Source of the DNA: an uncultured Gemmatimonadales bacterium
GTDB lineage: Bacteria; Gemmatimonadota; Gemmatimonadetes; Gemmatimonadales; GWC2-71-9
Assembly: GCA_963779755.1 (NCBI GenBank)
Contig: CAVZZO010000001.1
Coordinates: 2,112,001-2,176,000, forward strand
Direction: 5' to 3'
Length of the DNA stretch: 64,000 nucleotides
This document shows, piece by piece, positions 19,134 through 28,053 of this stretch. Numbering within the stretch: the stretch's first letter is position 1; every line of letters starts with the position of its first letter. The notes under the pieces were generated by a model. The model was given only the letters and a program-made list of their open reading frames with translations. It did no database searches and was not told the DNA's origin. The translations under genes and the position numbers were made by a program.

Positions 19134-20533
19134 CCATCGGCGCTATGATCTCGGGTCTGCTGCTGGTCGCGCTGGCCTTCGCCGCTGGAGTCGCCTTCGG
19201 GCGCCGGCGGCAGGCGCCCGCGCCCGATGCGCCGCCGGACGACCATCCGCTCCGCATTAACGATGCGATGCTGCACTGGTTCGGGGCCGCCCACGAGGCC
19301 GTGGGCACCTGGCTCATGGAAAAGGGCGGAGTGGCGGTCCGATGCCATCTGGAGGCGGCACTGCCGGCCGGTGAGATCCTGACGGTCGAGCGGCGCCTGC
19401 TCACCTTCGCCTCCGTGGAGGGAGACGGCGTCGAACATCTCGATTCCGGTACCCTCCTGCTGCACGCACGGCGCGGGTCGGTGGCGGGCATGCTCCTGCC
19501 GGAGACCCCGAAGCCCCAGCTCCTCGACCGGATGCGCGAGGACATGCGGGAACTTCTGGTCGGCCTGTGGCAGGGCGCCTCCGCCCCGGAGCCGGGCGCT
19601 GAGCTGCCGCTCCAGACGCTGGCCAGCATCTGCCAGGACCTCGCCAACCGGTTGGAACATCTGGCCGGCAGCGGGTGCTTCGTGGCGGTGCTGCTTCGCT
19701 CCGGAGTGCGCGTGCTCGGGACGTCGCGCTCGACCGACTCGCGCCTGGTAGATGTCCAGGTAGCGAAAGCCAGCCCCGTCGATCGGGTCGCCCAGGGCGC
19801 GGTGCCGAGTCTCATCACCCGGGATAATCCGGTAGGGGAGGTGGTCGCCGACCGGCGCGAGCGGCGCGAGTTCACCCATCTCTTCCCCATCCAGCATGAG
19901 GGCGTCATCGTGGGAGTGGCCGCGCTGGCGCAGCTCCACGACCGCGAGCTGTCGGGGCCGGTCTATGCTCAGCTGAGCGCCGCCCTGCGCGAGGCGGGCC
20001 CCCGCCTCGCCAACGGACGCCATGTCTGGGAACTCAAACGTTCCGCCGTCACCGATCCGCTTACCGGGCTGGCCAACCGGCGGGGGCTGGAGGATGCCAT
20101 GGGGCGTTTCGGGCTGACCGGCGGTGCGCTGGTGTACGCCGACCTGGACCGGTTCAAGTCGCTCAACGATACGCTGGGACATCCGGCGGGCGATGAGGCC
20201 CTGAAGCACTTTGCCCGCATCCTGAAGAACCAGATCCGGCCCACCGACCTGGCCGCCCGTATCGGCGGCGAGGAGTTCGCCCTGTGGCTTCCGGGCGCCG
20301 CCCTGAACCTGGCGGTGGGTATCGCCGAGCGCATCCGGGAGCAGTTTGCCTCCCGGGAATGGGCCTGGCGCGGCACCCCCTGGGAGCTCTCGGCCTCATT
20401 CGGCGTGGCCTGCTGGCCGGAGCTGACCCGGAGCCGGGAGAACCTGGCCGCCCTGGCAGACGCGGCGCTCTACCGGGCCAAGGAGGAGGGGAGGAACCGG
20501 GTGGTGACGGCGACGGTGGGGGGTGAGGCGTAA
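19130..20533 (+). CDS. Membrane-anchored diguanylate cyclase (GGEEF, intact RxxD I-site)
   Basis: TDPLTGLANRR, DLDRFKSLNDTLGHPAGD, RPTDLAARIGGEEF. Confidence 0.9.
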   Translation: MTIGAMISGLLLVALAFAAGVAFGRRRQAPAPDAPPDDHPLRINDAMLHWFGAAHEAVGTWLMEKGGVAVRCHLEAALPAGEILTVERRLLTFASVEGDGVEHLDSGTLLLHARRGSVAGMLLPETPKPQLLDRMREDMRELLVGLWQGASAPEPGAELPLQTLASICQDLANRLEHLAGSGCFVAVLLRSGVRVLGTSRSTDSRLVDVQVAKASPVDRVAQGAVPSLITRDNPVGEVVADRRERREFTHLFPIQHEGVIVGVAALAQLHDRELSGPVYAQLSAALREAGPRLANGRHVWELKRSAVTDPLTGLANRRGLEDAMGRFGLTGGALVYADLDRFKSLNDTLGHPAGDEALKHFARILKNQIRPTDLAARIGGEEFALWLPGAALNLAVGIAERIREQFASREWAWRGTPWELSASFGVACWPELTRSRENLAALADAALYRAKEEGRNRVVTATVGGEA

Positions 20534-20673
20534 GGCGTGCGGGGGTAAGGTGTAGCGCATGAGGCGTGAGAGAAGGGGCAGAGCCGGCAAGATGATTAAG
20601 GTAACTTCTCAGATCTTTTTTCTTACTCCTTACACAGTAATGATTTGCACCGACACACGACATTCCACGTCCC

Positions 20674-20702
20674 TTGAGAATCCACCGGCTATCCCTTATA
20701 AT
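20674..20702 (+). promoter_or_regulatory. ssrA promoter
   Basis: TTGAGA-17-TATAAT with an AT-rich upstream region, 11 nt before the tmRNA 5' end. Confidence 0.85.
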
Positions 20703-20713
20703 TATGGCGTCTC

Positions 20714-21075
20714 GGGGGCGATCGGTTTCGACGGGTTCGTTGAAGAGATTGCTGCGTGCCCAGGTCCAGGTTCCTGGATAAACCACTTGGAACGCTTTAA
20801 CTGCCAACTCTGAACTGGCACTGGCTGCGTAAGCTGAGCTAAGCTCGCTTCACGCTCCTCCGATGCATGAAGCCCGTCCGGGGCGCTGTGCATTGGATCG
20901 CAAATCCGGACTAGCCCGCGGTGCCGCCCCGGCACCAAGGGTGAGACTTCAGGGGCTGGTTTCCCGATGGGTCGGTTTGGCACCCGCCGGGCGACGACGC
21001 AGAAAGCCGAGCCTACGCACGTAGATGCGGTTTTGGACACTTACTCGGACCAGGGTTCGATTCCCTGCGCCTCCA
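20714..21075 (+). ncRNA. ssrA: tmRNA; tag peptide (A)ANSELALAA at 20803-20832
   Basis: GGGGGCG 5' stem pairs with CGCCTCC-A (G3.U alanine determinant), GGTTTCGAC D-like loop, GGTTCGATTCC T-loop, resume context TTAACT-GCC; CCA not encoded. Confidence 0.95.
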
Positions 21076-21111
21076 TGAAAAAAACCGGCCAAGGCCGGTT
21101 TTTTTTCATGG
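21073..21111. terminator. Bidirectional intrinsic terminator
   Basis: ccatg-A7-ccggcc-aa-ggccgg-T8-catgg between ssrA and the convergent four-helix-bundle gene. Confidence 0.9.
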
Positions 21112-21160
21112 GCGGTAGAGGCGGTAGAGGCGGTAAGGGCGGTAAGGCGGGGTGGCGGGA
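21111..21160 (+). repeat. GGCGGTA(G/A)(A/G) 9-mer array, left arm
   Basis: ggcggtaga ggcggtaga ggcggtaag ggcggtaa ggcggggt ggcggga. Confidence 0.85.
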
Positions 21161-21166
21161 CAGGCT

Positions 21167-21535
21167 TCAGGGAGCCGCCGGTGGATTCCCCAGTGAGCGA
21201 TACAGCGCCCACGTCACCACCCCTGCGTGATTCCGTAGCTTGTCAATGGTCTCCCAATTCTCCTGAGGCAGATAGCCCAGATCGCGGGCCAGTCGGAGAC
21301 AATAGGACAGTTCTGACAAGGACCCCAGGGAGATGTCCAGAAACCTGCGGAACTCTCTTCTCCCGCGCTTCGCTGAGCCCTCAGCGATATTGACAGCCGC
21401 CGAGAAGGCCGAACGCCGCGCCTGCGCCATGAGGCCGTAGGTCTCCTCCCGGGGCCAGCGCCCGGTTGCTCGATAGACCTCCAGGACCAGCCGGTGGCAC
21501 AGCCTCCAGGCCTCGAAACGCTCATATGGCGGCAT
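21167..21535 (-). CDS. Four-helix-bundle protein (23S rRNA IVP/TIGR02436-like, Avd-like fold)
   Basis: FEAW...VYRAT..WPREETYGL..QARRSA.S..NIAEG...EFRRFL.ISLGSLSE pattern. Confidence 0.9.
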   Translation of the reverse strand: MPPYERFEAWRLCHRLVLEVYRATGRWPREETYGLMAQARRSAFSAAVNIAEGSAKRGRREFRRFLDISLGSLSELSYCLRLARDLGYLPQENWETIDKLRNHAGVVTWALYRSLGNPPAAP

Positions 21536-21608
21536 TCTGAATACCTGGCCCTGAGCGTCAACCCAGTATCAACTCCGCCATCAGCACTCCAATCCCACAG
21601 CACCCTCC

Positions 21609-21680
21609 TCAGCCGCCCTTATCGCCTCTGCCGCCCCTGCCGCCCTTACCGCCCCTACCGCCTTTCCCGCCTTGCCCGCC
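21609..21680 (-). repeat. Eight 9-mer units, right arm (inverted relative to 21111-21160)
   Basis: tcagccgcc cttatcgcc tctgccgcc cctgccgcc cttaccgcc cctaccgcc tttcccgcc ttgcccgcc. Confidence 0.85.
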
Positions 21681-21683
21681 CCC

Positions 21684-21710
21684 CAACCTTTCCGTCCCCC
21701 CGCCCGACTA
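21684..21710 (+). promoter_or_regulatory. Candidate ECF-type autoregulated promoter
   Basis: cAACctt...CGACta with AAC-N17-CGAC spacing just upstream of the ECF sigma gene. Confidence 0.45.
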
Positions 21711-21721
21711 ATCTTCCAGCA

Positions 21722-22276
21722 ATGACTTCACCGGCCGATGCGACGGAGCGCTCCGATCGGGAGCTGGCGGACCGGGTGTGGCGGGATGGGGATGAGCAGG
21801 CCTTCCGACTGCTCTACCGCCGCCATACCCCGCGACTCTACCAGCTGGTGCTCCGGCTCCTGGGGCATGCCGAGCAGGACGCCGAAGACGTCGTGCAGGA
21901 CACCTGGGTCCAGGTGGTGGAGCGGCTGGGGGAGTTTCGCTGGGAATCGGCCTTCGGCACCTGGCTCACCGCCATCGGGCTCAATCGGGCCCGGGATCAC
22001 CTGCGGCGGGCAGGGCGGCGGACCATGGTCCCGCTCCCGGATGGTTTGCCCGGGAAGCGCGGCGGGATGGCCGAATGGGTGGACCTGGAGCGTGCCATCG
22101 CGCAGCTGCCGGAGGGGTACCGCACGGTGCTGGTGCTGCACGATCTCGAGGGCCTGACGCATGAGGAAATCGGTGTCACGCTCGGTGTCACCGCGGGAAC
22201 CTCGAAGAGCCAGTTGTTTGCCGCCCGCAGGGCAATGCGGGGCCTGCTGGCCCCGGCTGGAGGAAAGCATGTCTGA
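21722..22276 (+). CDS. ECF RNA polymerase sigma factor
   Basis: DAEDVVQDTW, FGTWL, region 4 LPEGYRTVLVLHDLEGLTHEEI...GTSKSQL. Confidence 0.92.
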   Translation: MTSPADATERSDRELADRVWRDGDEQAFRLLYRRHTPRLYQLVLRLLGHAEQDAEDVVQDTWVQVVERLGEFRWESAFGTWLTAIGLNRARDHLRRAGRRTMVPLPDGLPGKRGGMAEWVDLERAIAQLPEGYRTVLVLHDLEGLTHEEIGVTLGVTAGTSKSQLFAARRAMRGLLAPAGGKHV

Positions 22277-22817
22277 CGAATACGATCTGAGCCTGGAAGA
22301 CCGGGCGCGCCTGGCCCGGCTGCCGCAGGAGATGTCACCTCCGCCGGACCTGGAGGACCGTACCGTGCGAGCCCTGCGCGGGCGGGGGCTCCTGGGCCGG
22401 CGGCGTCGCCTCCCGTGGGCGGCCGTCTGGATCCCCGCGATCGCGGCGGCCAGCCTGGTGCTGTTCCTTGGGGGCGTGGCCGTCGGGCAGTGGCTCGGCG
22501 CCCGGAGCACCTCCCAGGCGATGGCTGACATGAACCGGACCAACGCCCGGCAGGTGGCCGCCCTGGTGCAGCGCACCGGTTCGGCCTACAACGAAGCGCT
22601 TCAGGTGCTGGGCCAGGTGGCCGACAGTGGCGGGGCCGATCGGGCGCTGCGCACCCAGAGCAGGGAAGTGGCCCTCAATTCGCTCTACACCGCCGCCGCG
22701 CGGATCGCGCACCTGTATCCCGACGATCCACTGGCGGTGCGAATTCTCCAGACCTTCAACGACCAGCGGGCGCGGGAGCAGGGGAACGCTCCCACCCGGC
22801 GGGTGGTCTGGTTCTGA
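22269..22817 (+). CDS. Putative anti-sigma factor (single TM)
   Basis: Overlaps the sigma gene end; PPPDLE motif followed by one TM segment. Confidence 0.6.
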   Translation: MSDEYDLSLEDRARLARLPQEMSPPPDLEDRTVRALRGRGLLGRRRRLPWAAVWIPAIAAASLVLFLGGVAVGQWLGARSTSQAMADMNRTNARQVAALVQRTGSAYNEALQVLGQVADSGGADRALRTQSREVALNSLYTAAARIAHLYPDDPLAVRILQTFNDQRAREQGNAPTRRVVWF

Positions 22818-22824
22818 AGAAAGG

Positions 22825-24069
22825 ATGCATCACATGCGTATCGCGCCGATCATGCTGGCGGCCGGCCTGCTGGCGATGGGGGCTCCGCTCCAGGGGCAGG
22901 GAGCCCCGGTCAGGTCATGTCCCGGACACCGGTTGCCGGTGGCCGATCTGGGCATCGAGCACTGGAGTTGCGACTGCACATTCGAGGTTTCCAGCGAAGG
23001 GGCGACCCAGCGCTGGTACTTCCGGGGCGAGCCCACCCTGCTCGACATCCGGCCGGGCGGCCCGTCCGACGGCAAGCTGCGCGACGGCGATGTGCTCGTC
23101 GCGGTGAACGGTCTGCTCATCACTACCCGTGAGGCGGGGCTGCGGCTCGCCACCCTGAAGCCGGGGGAAGCGGTGCGGCTCACCATCCGCCGCAACGGCC
23201 AGGAACGGCAGGTCACGATTGTTCCGGGGTCCCGGTGTCCGCCGGAGGCGCCGGTCGCGCCCGAGGCTCCCGCGGTCACGATCGTCCGCCCGGCGCCCGC
23301 CGCCGCGGTGGCGACTCCCGCGCCGCCGGCGAGGGTGTCGGTCGCCGCCGCCCCCCAACCGGCGCCTCCGGCACCGGCGGCAGTCGCGGCCCCGGCGCCG
23401 CCGGAGGCCCCCCGCCCCTGGTTCGGCTTCGGGATCACCTGTTCGCATTGCGAGATCCTGGGCGGCAACCACTGGCGCTTCAGCAGCTATCCGGAGATCT
23501 ATTCAGTGGATCCGGGGAGCCCGGCCGACCGGGCAGGCCTGCACAAAGGCGACGAGCTGATCGCTATCGACGGGCTGTCGTTGCTCAAGAGTGAGGGCGC
23601 GGCCCGGTTCGATGCGCTGGAGCCGGGTGAGACCGTCCGCTGGACCTACCGGCGGAATGGGCGGACAGACACGGTACGCATTACCGCCGAATCGGCACCG
23701 GGGTTCCATGTGTTCACCGTGCAGCCGGATCGGATCGCCCAGCATGAAGTCGCGCTGGCCCTCACCGACTCGATCGTGCAGCGGCTGCGGGGGACCTCCA
23801 TCCACCTGGCCGAGGTGACGCGCGAACAGCGCGAGGCCATGGCGCGGGCGGTGCAGGCCGAGCTGGCGGCGGCGCAGGCCCGGACGGTGGTGGGACAGGC
23901 CGCTCCGGTCCCCTCCGCCCCCTCCCGTCTCCGCTACACCGGTTCGCTGGGAAACGTGGATGTGGACGTGCGCGGTCCCGGATCGGTGGAGGTCACCCGG
24001 GACGACGGAACGGGCGAGTTGGTGATCCGCACGGCGGACGCGGTGATCCGGCTCAAAACAAAGGACTGA
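22825..24069 (+). CDS. Secreted protein with two PDZ domains and a Pro/Ala linker
   Basis: Signal peptide; GGPSDGKLRDGDVLVAVNG and GSPADRAGLHKGDELIAIDG; no protease domain seen. Confidence 0.8.
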   Translation: MHHMRIAPIMLAAGLLAMGAPLQGQGAPVRSCPGHRLPVADLGIEHWSCDCTFEVSSEGATQRWYFRGEPTLLDIRPGGPSDGKLRDGDVLVAVNGLLITTREAGLRLATLKPGEAVRLTIRRNGQERQVTIVPGSRCPPEAPVAPEAPAVTIVRPAPAAAVATPAPPARVSVAAAPQPAPPAPAAVAAPAPPEAPRPWFGFGITCSHCEILGGNHWRFSSYPEIYSVDPGSPADRAGLHKGDELIAIDGLSLLKSEGAARFDALEPGETVRWTYRRNGRTDTVRITAESAPGFHVFTVQPDRIAQHEVALALTDSIVQRLRGTSIHLAEVTREQREAMARAVQAELAAAQARTVVGQAAPVPSAPSRLRYTGSLGNVDVDVRGPGSVEVTRDDGTGELVIRTADAVIRLKTKD

Positions 24070-24131
24070 GAGCAAAGGACTGAGAGAAAAGGGAGCGGCA
24101 CGGTTCTTTTCTCTCAGTCCTTTCGTCTTTC
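24060..24131. repeat. AAAGGACTGAGAG palindromic REP-like element, copy 1
   Basis: Perfect 18-bp stem 24074-24091/24106-24123 plus an extra upstream 14-bp copy. Confidence 0.85.
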
Positions 24132-24177
24132 CTCCCCGCATCTGGACCTTGGCCCCGCCGGGGGCTTATTTAGGGCC

Positions 24178-25401
24178 ATGCCCCTCGACATTCCGAAGCT
24201 CCGCGCGCAGTTCCCGGCTCTCGAACGCGAGTACGCCGGCGTCCCCGTGGCCTACTTCGACGGGCCCGGCGGCACCCAGGTGCCCCGCGCGGTAGGCGAG
24301 GCGGTGTGCGACTATCTCTACCACCGCAACGCCAATACCCACTGGGCCTATCCTACCAGCGCGGAAACCGACGAGATCATCGCCCGGAGCCGCCAGGCAA
24401 TGGCCGATCTGCTGCGCGCGCGGCCGGACGAGATCGCCTTCGGCGCCAACATGACCACGCTCACCTTCCATCTGGCCCGAGCCCTGGGCCGGCAATGGAC
24501 GGCGGGCGACGAGGTCGTGGTGACGGAGCTGGATCACCACGCCAATGTGGCGCCCTGGACGGCCCTGGCGAAGGAACGCGGGATCACGATCCGGGTCGCA
24601 CGGATGATTCCCGAGCGCGGGATCCTCGACTGGGAGGACCTGGAGCGGCAGGTCGGCCCCAGAACGCGGCTGCTCGCCATCGGCGCCGCCTCCAACGCGC
24701 TCGGCACAGTGAACGACGTACGGCGGGCGGCGAGCCTGGCCAAGGCGGCCGGGGCGCTCACCTTCGTGGATGCGGTGCATTTCACTCCCCACGCCGTGGT
24801 GGACGTCCAGGCGATGGGCTGCGATTTTCTTGCCTGCTCGGCCTACAAGTTCTACGGTCCGCACATCGGGGTGCTCTTTGCGCGCCGCTCGGTGCAGGAG
24901 ACGCTGGATGTGCCCAGGCTGGCTCCGGCGCCCGACACGCCACCGGAGCTGCTGGAGACCGGCACGCTTAACCACGAGGGGATTGCGGGGGCGGCAGCCG
25001 CGGTGGACTTTCTGGCCAGCTGGGTCGAAGGCTCCCAGCGGCGGGAGCGCCTGGAGGCCTCCCTGACGGCGCTGCACCGGCGGGGCCGGGAGCTCTTCGC
25101 GCGCCTCTACAGCGGCCTCTCGGCGCTGCCCGGCGTGGAGCTTTTCGGCCCGCCGCCCGAGGCGGAGCGGACGCCCACCATCAGCTTCGTGGTGCAGGGC
25201 ATTGCCTCGGAAGAGGTGGCGCGGTTTCTGGCGGGCCGGGGGGTGTTCGTCAGCCACGGCGACTTCTATGCCGCCACCGTGGCGGAGCGGCTGGGGCATG
25301 CACAGGACGGGCTGGTGCGTGCCGGCTGCGCAGCGTATACGACGGTCGAGGAGATCGACCGGTTGGTGGAGGGGGTGGATGCGGTCAGGCGAGAGAAGTG
25401 A
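24178..25401 (+). CDS. Cysteine desulfurase-like protein (class V aminotransferase)
   Basis: YFDGPGGTQVP, ELDHHAN, VDAVH, CSAYKF(Y)GPH, ETGT. Confidence 0.88.
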   Translation: MPLDIPKLRAQFPALEREYAGVPVAYFDGPGGTQVPRAVGEAVCDYLYHRNANTHWAYPTSAETDEIIARSRQAMADLLRARPDEIAFGANMTTLTFHLARALGRQWTAGDEVVVTELDHHANVAPWTALAKERGITIRVARMIPERGILDWEDLERQVGPRTRLLAIGAASNALGTVNDVRRAASLAKAAGALTFVDAVHFTPHAVVDVQAMGCDFLACSAYKFYGPHIGVLFARRSVQETLDVPRLAPAPDTPPELLETGTLNHEGIAGAAAAVDFLASWVEGSQRRERLEASLTALHRRGRELFARLYSGLSALPGVELFGPPPEAERTPTISFVVQGIASEEVARFLAGRGVFVSHGDFYAATVAERLGHAQDGLVRAGCAAYTTVEEIDRLVEGVDAVRREK

Positions 25402-25467
25402 GACGCCCGGCGGTACGCCTCACCGCTCACTCCCGGTCTCTCGCTGCTCCCTTCTCACGTCTTACGT
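25385..25467. repeat. GTGAG/CTCAC heptamer inverted array between convergent genes
   Basis: gcgagagaagtgagacg...cgcctcac...tctctcgc...tctcacgtcttacg. Confidence 0.6.
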
Positions 25468-26037
25468 TCCTGCCGGCACCACCACTCGGGTAGTCCCCCA
25501 CTCCAGAATCAGATTCGCCGCATCGGCCCGCTGCGGCTGGGCCCGGATGGTGAAGGTCTCGACCGGCTGGCTCGTGGCAGTGGCGGGGACGGTGGCGCGT
25601 CCGACCTCCTGCGCCTTCACCTCGGGGGTGTAGGAGTGCTCCTCCCCCCATTGGGTGATGGACCGGTTGACGATAATGGTCCACTGCTCCCTGCCTGGAA
25701 CCGTGTACAGCGAGTAGGTGCCGGGTTGGACTTTGATCCCGGCGATGTCCAGCGCGACCGGCGTGTGGATCATGGTGGGCTCGTTGGCGCCGGTGCGCCA
25801 GAGCTTGCCGTAGGGAACGGCCTCCCCGCCGATCATGGTGCGCCCTCGCAGGGAGGGCCGGCCGTAGCACACCTTGATGGTCTTTCCCGACAGCGAGAAC
25901 TTGGTTGAATCGAGCGGGCTCTGCCGCGAGGATAGCGGCAGCTCGTGGTTCATCACGATGCAGGAATCGGTGGCCGTCGGGGGCCCGGCGGGCGCCGCCG
26001 CCAGCAGTACGGTGAGCGCTATCAACATGGGGGTCAC
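25462..26037 (-). CDS. DUF2911 family secreted protein
   Basis: YGRPSLRGR, VPYGKLWRTGANEPT, YSLYTVP, WTIIVN; start 26037 (GTG) or 26028. Confidence 0.85.
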   Translation of the reverse strand: MTPMLIALTVLLAAAPAGPPTATDSCIVMNHELPLSSRQSPLDSTKFSLSGKTIKVCYGRPSLRGRTMIGGEAVPYGKLWRTGANEPTMIHTPVALDIAGIKVQPGTYSLYTVPGREQWTIIVNRSITQWGEEHSYTPEVKAQEVGRATVPATATSQPVETFTIRAQPQRADAANLILEWGTTRVVVPAGT

Positions 26038-26531
26038 CCCTCTTTCGGAGGCAGGGTCTTCGCCAGGACTTTCGCTTCCTGCTTGCGGCGGAACTCCGTC
26101 AGCTTTGCCGCCAGGCTCTTGTCGGAGAGTGCCAGCAGCGACACGGCGAAGAGCGCCGCGTTGGTGGCGCCGGCATCGCCGATGGCGAAGGTCGCCACCG
26201 GAATGCCGCCCGGCATCTGCACGGTGGAGAGCAGGGAATCGAGGCCCTGCAGGTGCTTCGACGGCATGGGAATGCCGAGAATCGGCAGGGTCGTGTTGGC
26301 GGCCAGGACGCCCGCCAGATGCGCCGCTCCTCCCGCGCCCGCAATCAGGCAGCGGATCCCCCGGTCGGCGGCCTCGCGCGCGTAGGCGGTGGCCTGGTCG
26401 GGCGTGCGGTGGGCGGAGAGGACACGCGCTTCATGGGCAACGCCGAAGGCGTCGAGTTGCTCCGCCACTTTGCGCATGACGGGCCAGTCGGAATCGCTGC
26501 CCATGAGAATGCCAACCAGGGGTGAGGCCAT
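26034..26531 (-). CDS. purE: N5-CAIR mutase
   Basis: MGSDSD, SAHRTP, GAGGAAHL, VQMPGGIPVAT. Confidence 0.96.
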   Translation of the reverse strand: MASPLVGILMGSDSDWPVMRKVAEQLDAFGVAHEARVLSAHRTPDQATAYAREAADRGIRCLIAGAGGAAHLAGVLAANTTLPILGIPMPSKHLQGLDSLLSTVQMPGGIPVATFAIGDAGATNAALFAVSLLALSDKSLAAKLTEFRRKQEAKVLAKTLPPKEG

Positions 26532-26663
26532 GTACGGGGACTCCTGTCAAGGACTGGGATGCCGTGGACCTGATACTTTCGCGACATGCCGGCAGGTCGA
26601 AGAAGCGGAGCCGGCCTTCACGGACTCCCAAACAAATCGGACGGGTCGAGAATGTCGAGGGGT

Positions 26664-27314
26664 TCAGTCTTCCGCGTTCTGCCCCGCTTCGCCAGTGGCG
26701 AGGCTGAGACGGGCGCGCCTTTCCTGCCGGTGTTTGCGGGCGCGCTCCAGCAGCCAGTAACCGCCGCCGCCGATGAGCGTCAGGGCAAGCAGCACGATGC
26801 TGAGCCAGAGCAGCAGCTGGTCCATCGTGCCCACCTGCCGGCCGGCGAAATGCGCCAGCAGGCCGATGGACATGGCCCACACAATGCCGCCGGAGATGTT
26901 ATAAAAGAGAAACGTGCGGTAGTGCATCCGTGAGGCGCCGGCCACGAACGCCGCCACTACCCGGAGGAACATGATGAAGCGTGCGAGGAAGATGGTCTTG
27001 GCCCCGTGCTGCTCGAAGAAGTGTTCCGCGCGGTCCAGCTTCTTTTTCCTGATGCGGATAGGACCCACGCCTTTGAGGAGCAGCGGCCGGCCACCCTTGC
27101 GCCCGATCCAGTAGCCCAGGGTATCGCCCAGGGCGGCCCCCCCGGCGGCGCAGAGGATCACCCACCAGACGCTGAGCCCGGTCCCGACGCCGGAGGCGCC
27201 GGCGGCCACCACCAGTGCGGTTTCCCCCGGGAGAGGCAGCCCCAGGCTCTCTCCCATGACCAGGAGAAAGACGGCGGGGTAGCCCAGCGTATCGATGATG
27301 TCGGCGACACTCAT
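26664..27314 (-). CDS. DedA family membrane protein
   Basis: ESLGLPLPGE, GDTLGYWIGR, ARF...R...AG..RM motifs. Confidence 0.9.
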   Translation of the reverse strand: MSVADIIDTLGYPAVFLLVMGESLGLPLPGETALVVAAGASGVGTGLSVWWVILCAAGGAALGDTLGYWIGRKGGRPLLLKGVGPIRIRKKKLDRAEHFFEQHGAKTIFLARFIMFLRVVAAFVAGASRMHYRTFLFYNISGGIVWAMSIGLLAHFAGRQVGTMDQLLLWLSIVLLALTLIGGGGYWLLERARKHRQERRARLSLATGEAGQNAED

Positions 27315-27481
27315 TCCCGGAGGGTAGGGGACGGAACTTCCCTCCCGCCGTGCGACAGGTCACGATCGGTTCAGTGATGTTGGGACGCTGTGATGCCGCT
27401 CAGCGCCTGGCCGGGCGAAGAAAGCGGCCGCCTGTCTGTTCGGACGAGGAGGAGCGCGGCACCCGAAGCCACCGGCGTCTT

Positions 27482-27555
27482 CCGGAGCGGGATTGAGCCC
27501 GGAAAAATGGAAAGGGGAAGGGACTCACGTCCCTCCCCCTTTCACCCGCTCCCGT
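27482..27555. repeat. Long inverted repeat of the GGGA/TCCC type
   Basis: ggagcggg...cccgctcc outer stem and gaaaggggaagggac-tcac-gtccctcccctttc inner stem. Confidence 0.7.
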
Positions 27556-27560
27556 TCGGC

Positions 27561-28019
27561 TCAGTACTTCGTGTAGACCGTCGTCTTGCCCGACTTGTCG
27601 AAGGCCAGCACGTTGTACGCGTCCTTCTGCGGCCCCTCCATTCCGGGGGAGCCCGCAGGCATGCCCGGCACCGCCAGCCCCGCTACCTTGGGGTGGTCCT
27701 TGAGGAGGCGCTTGATGTCGGCCGCGGGGACATGGCCCTCGATGACATAGCCCTTCACCACGGCGGTATGACAGGCGACCAGCGGGCCGGGCACGCCCAG
27801 CATGGCGTTGGTCTCGGAGAGGTCGTCCATGTCGTGGACGGTAACTTTGAAGCCGTTGGCCCGTAGGTGGTCCACCCAGGCGCTGCAACAGCCGCAGCTG
27901 GCATTCTTGTAGACGGTCACTTCCGGAGCCGGCGGGGCGTGCCGGGGCGCGGCGGCCAGGAGGCCCGCGCCCAGGAGGAACACCCCGGCGGCGACGGCCA
28001 GAGAACGAGAGCGTAGCAT
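27561..28019 (-). CDS. DUF411/CopG-like metal-binding secreted protein
   Basis: VYKNASCGCC, CHTA, IEGHVPA, GLAVPGMPAGSPGM. Confidence 0.9.
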   Translation of the reverse strand: MLRSRSLAVAAGVFLLGAGLLAAAPRHAPPAPEVTVYKNASCGCCSAWVDHLRANGFKVTVHDMDDLSETNAMLGVPGPLVACHTAVVKGYVIEGHVPAADIKRLLKDHPKVAGLAVPGMPAGSPGMEGPQKDAYNVLAFDKSGKTTVYTKY

Positions 28020-28053
28020 GCGATCTGTGGCTCCAGAAAGAGAAGGTGCGGCA

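Noticed and set aside
19130..20533. Hypr (cGAMP-making) GGDEF
   Set aside because: Keeps the canonical Asp in GHPAGD, consistent with ordinary c-di-GMP synthesis
21167..21535. Diversity-generating retroelement (Avd-like gene)
   Set aside because: No reverse transcriptase nearby, and the 87-bp repeat pair is not adenine-specific in its mismatches and lies far away
23240..23415. Low-complexity repeat inside the PDZ gene
   Set aside because: Ordinary Pro/Ala-rich interdomain linker
21040..24100. Integrative element at the ssrA 3' end
   Set aside because: No integrase and no duplicated ssrA 3' fragment seen downstream
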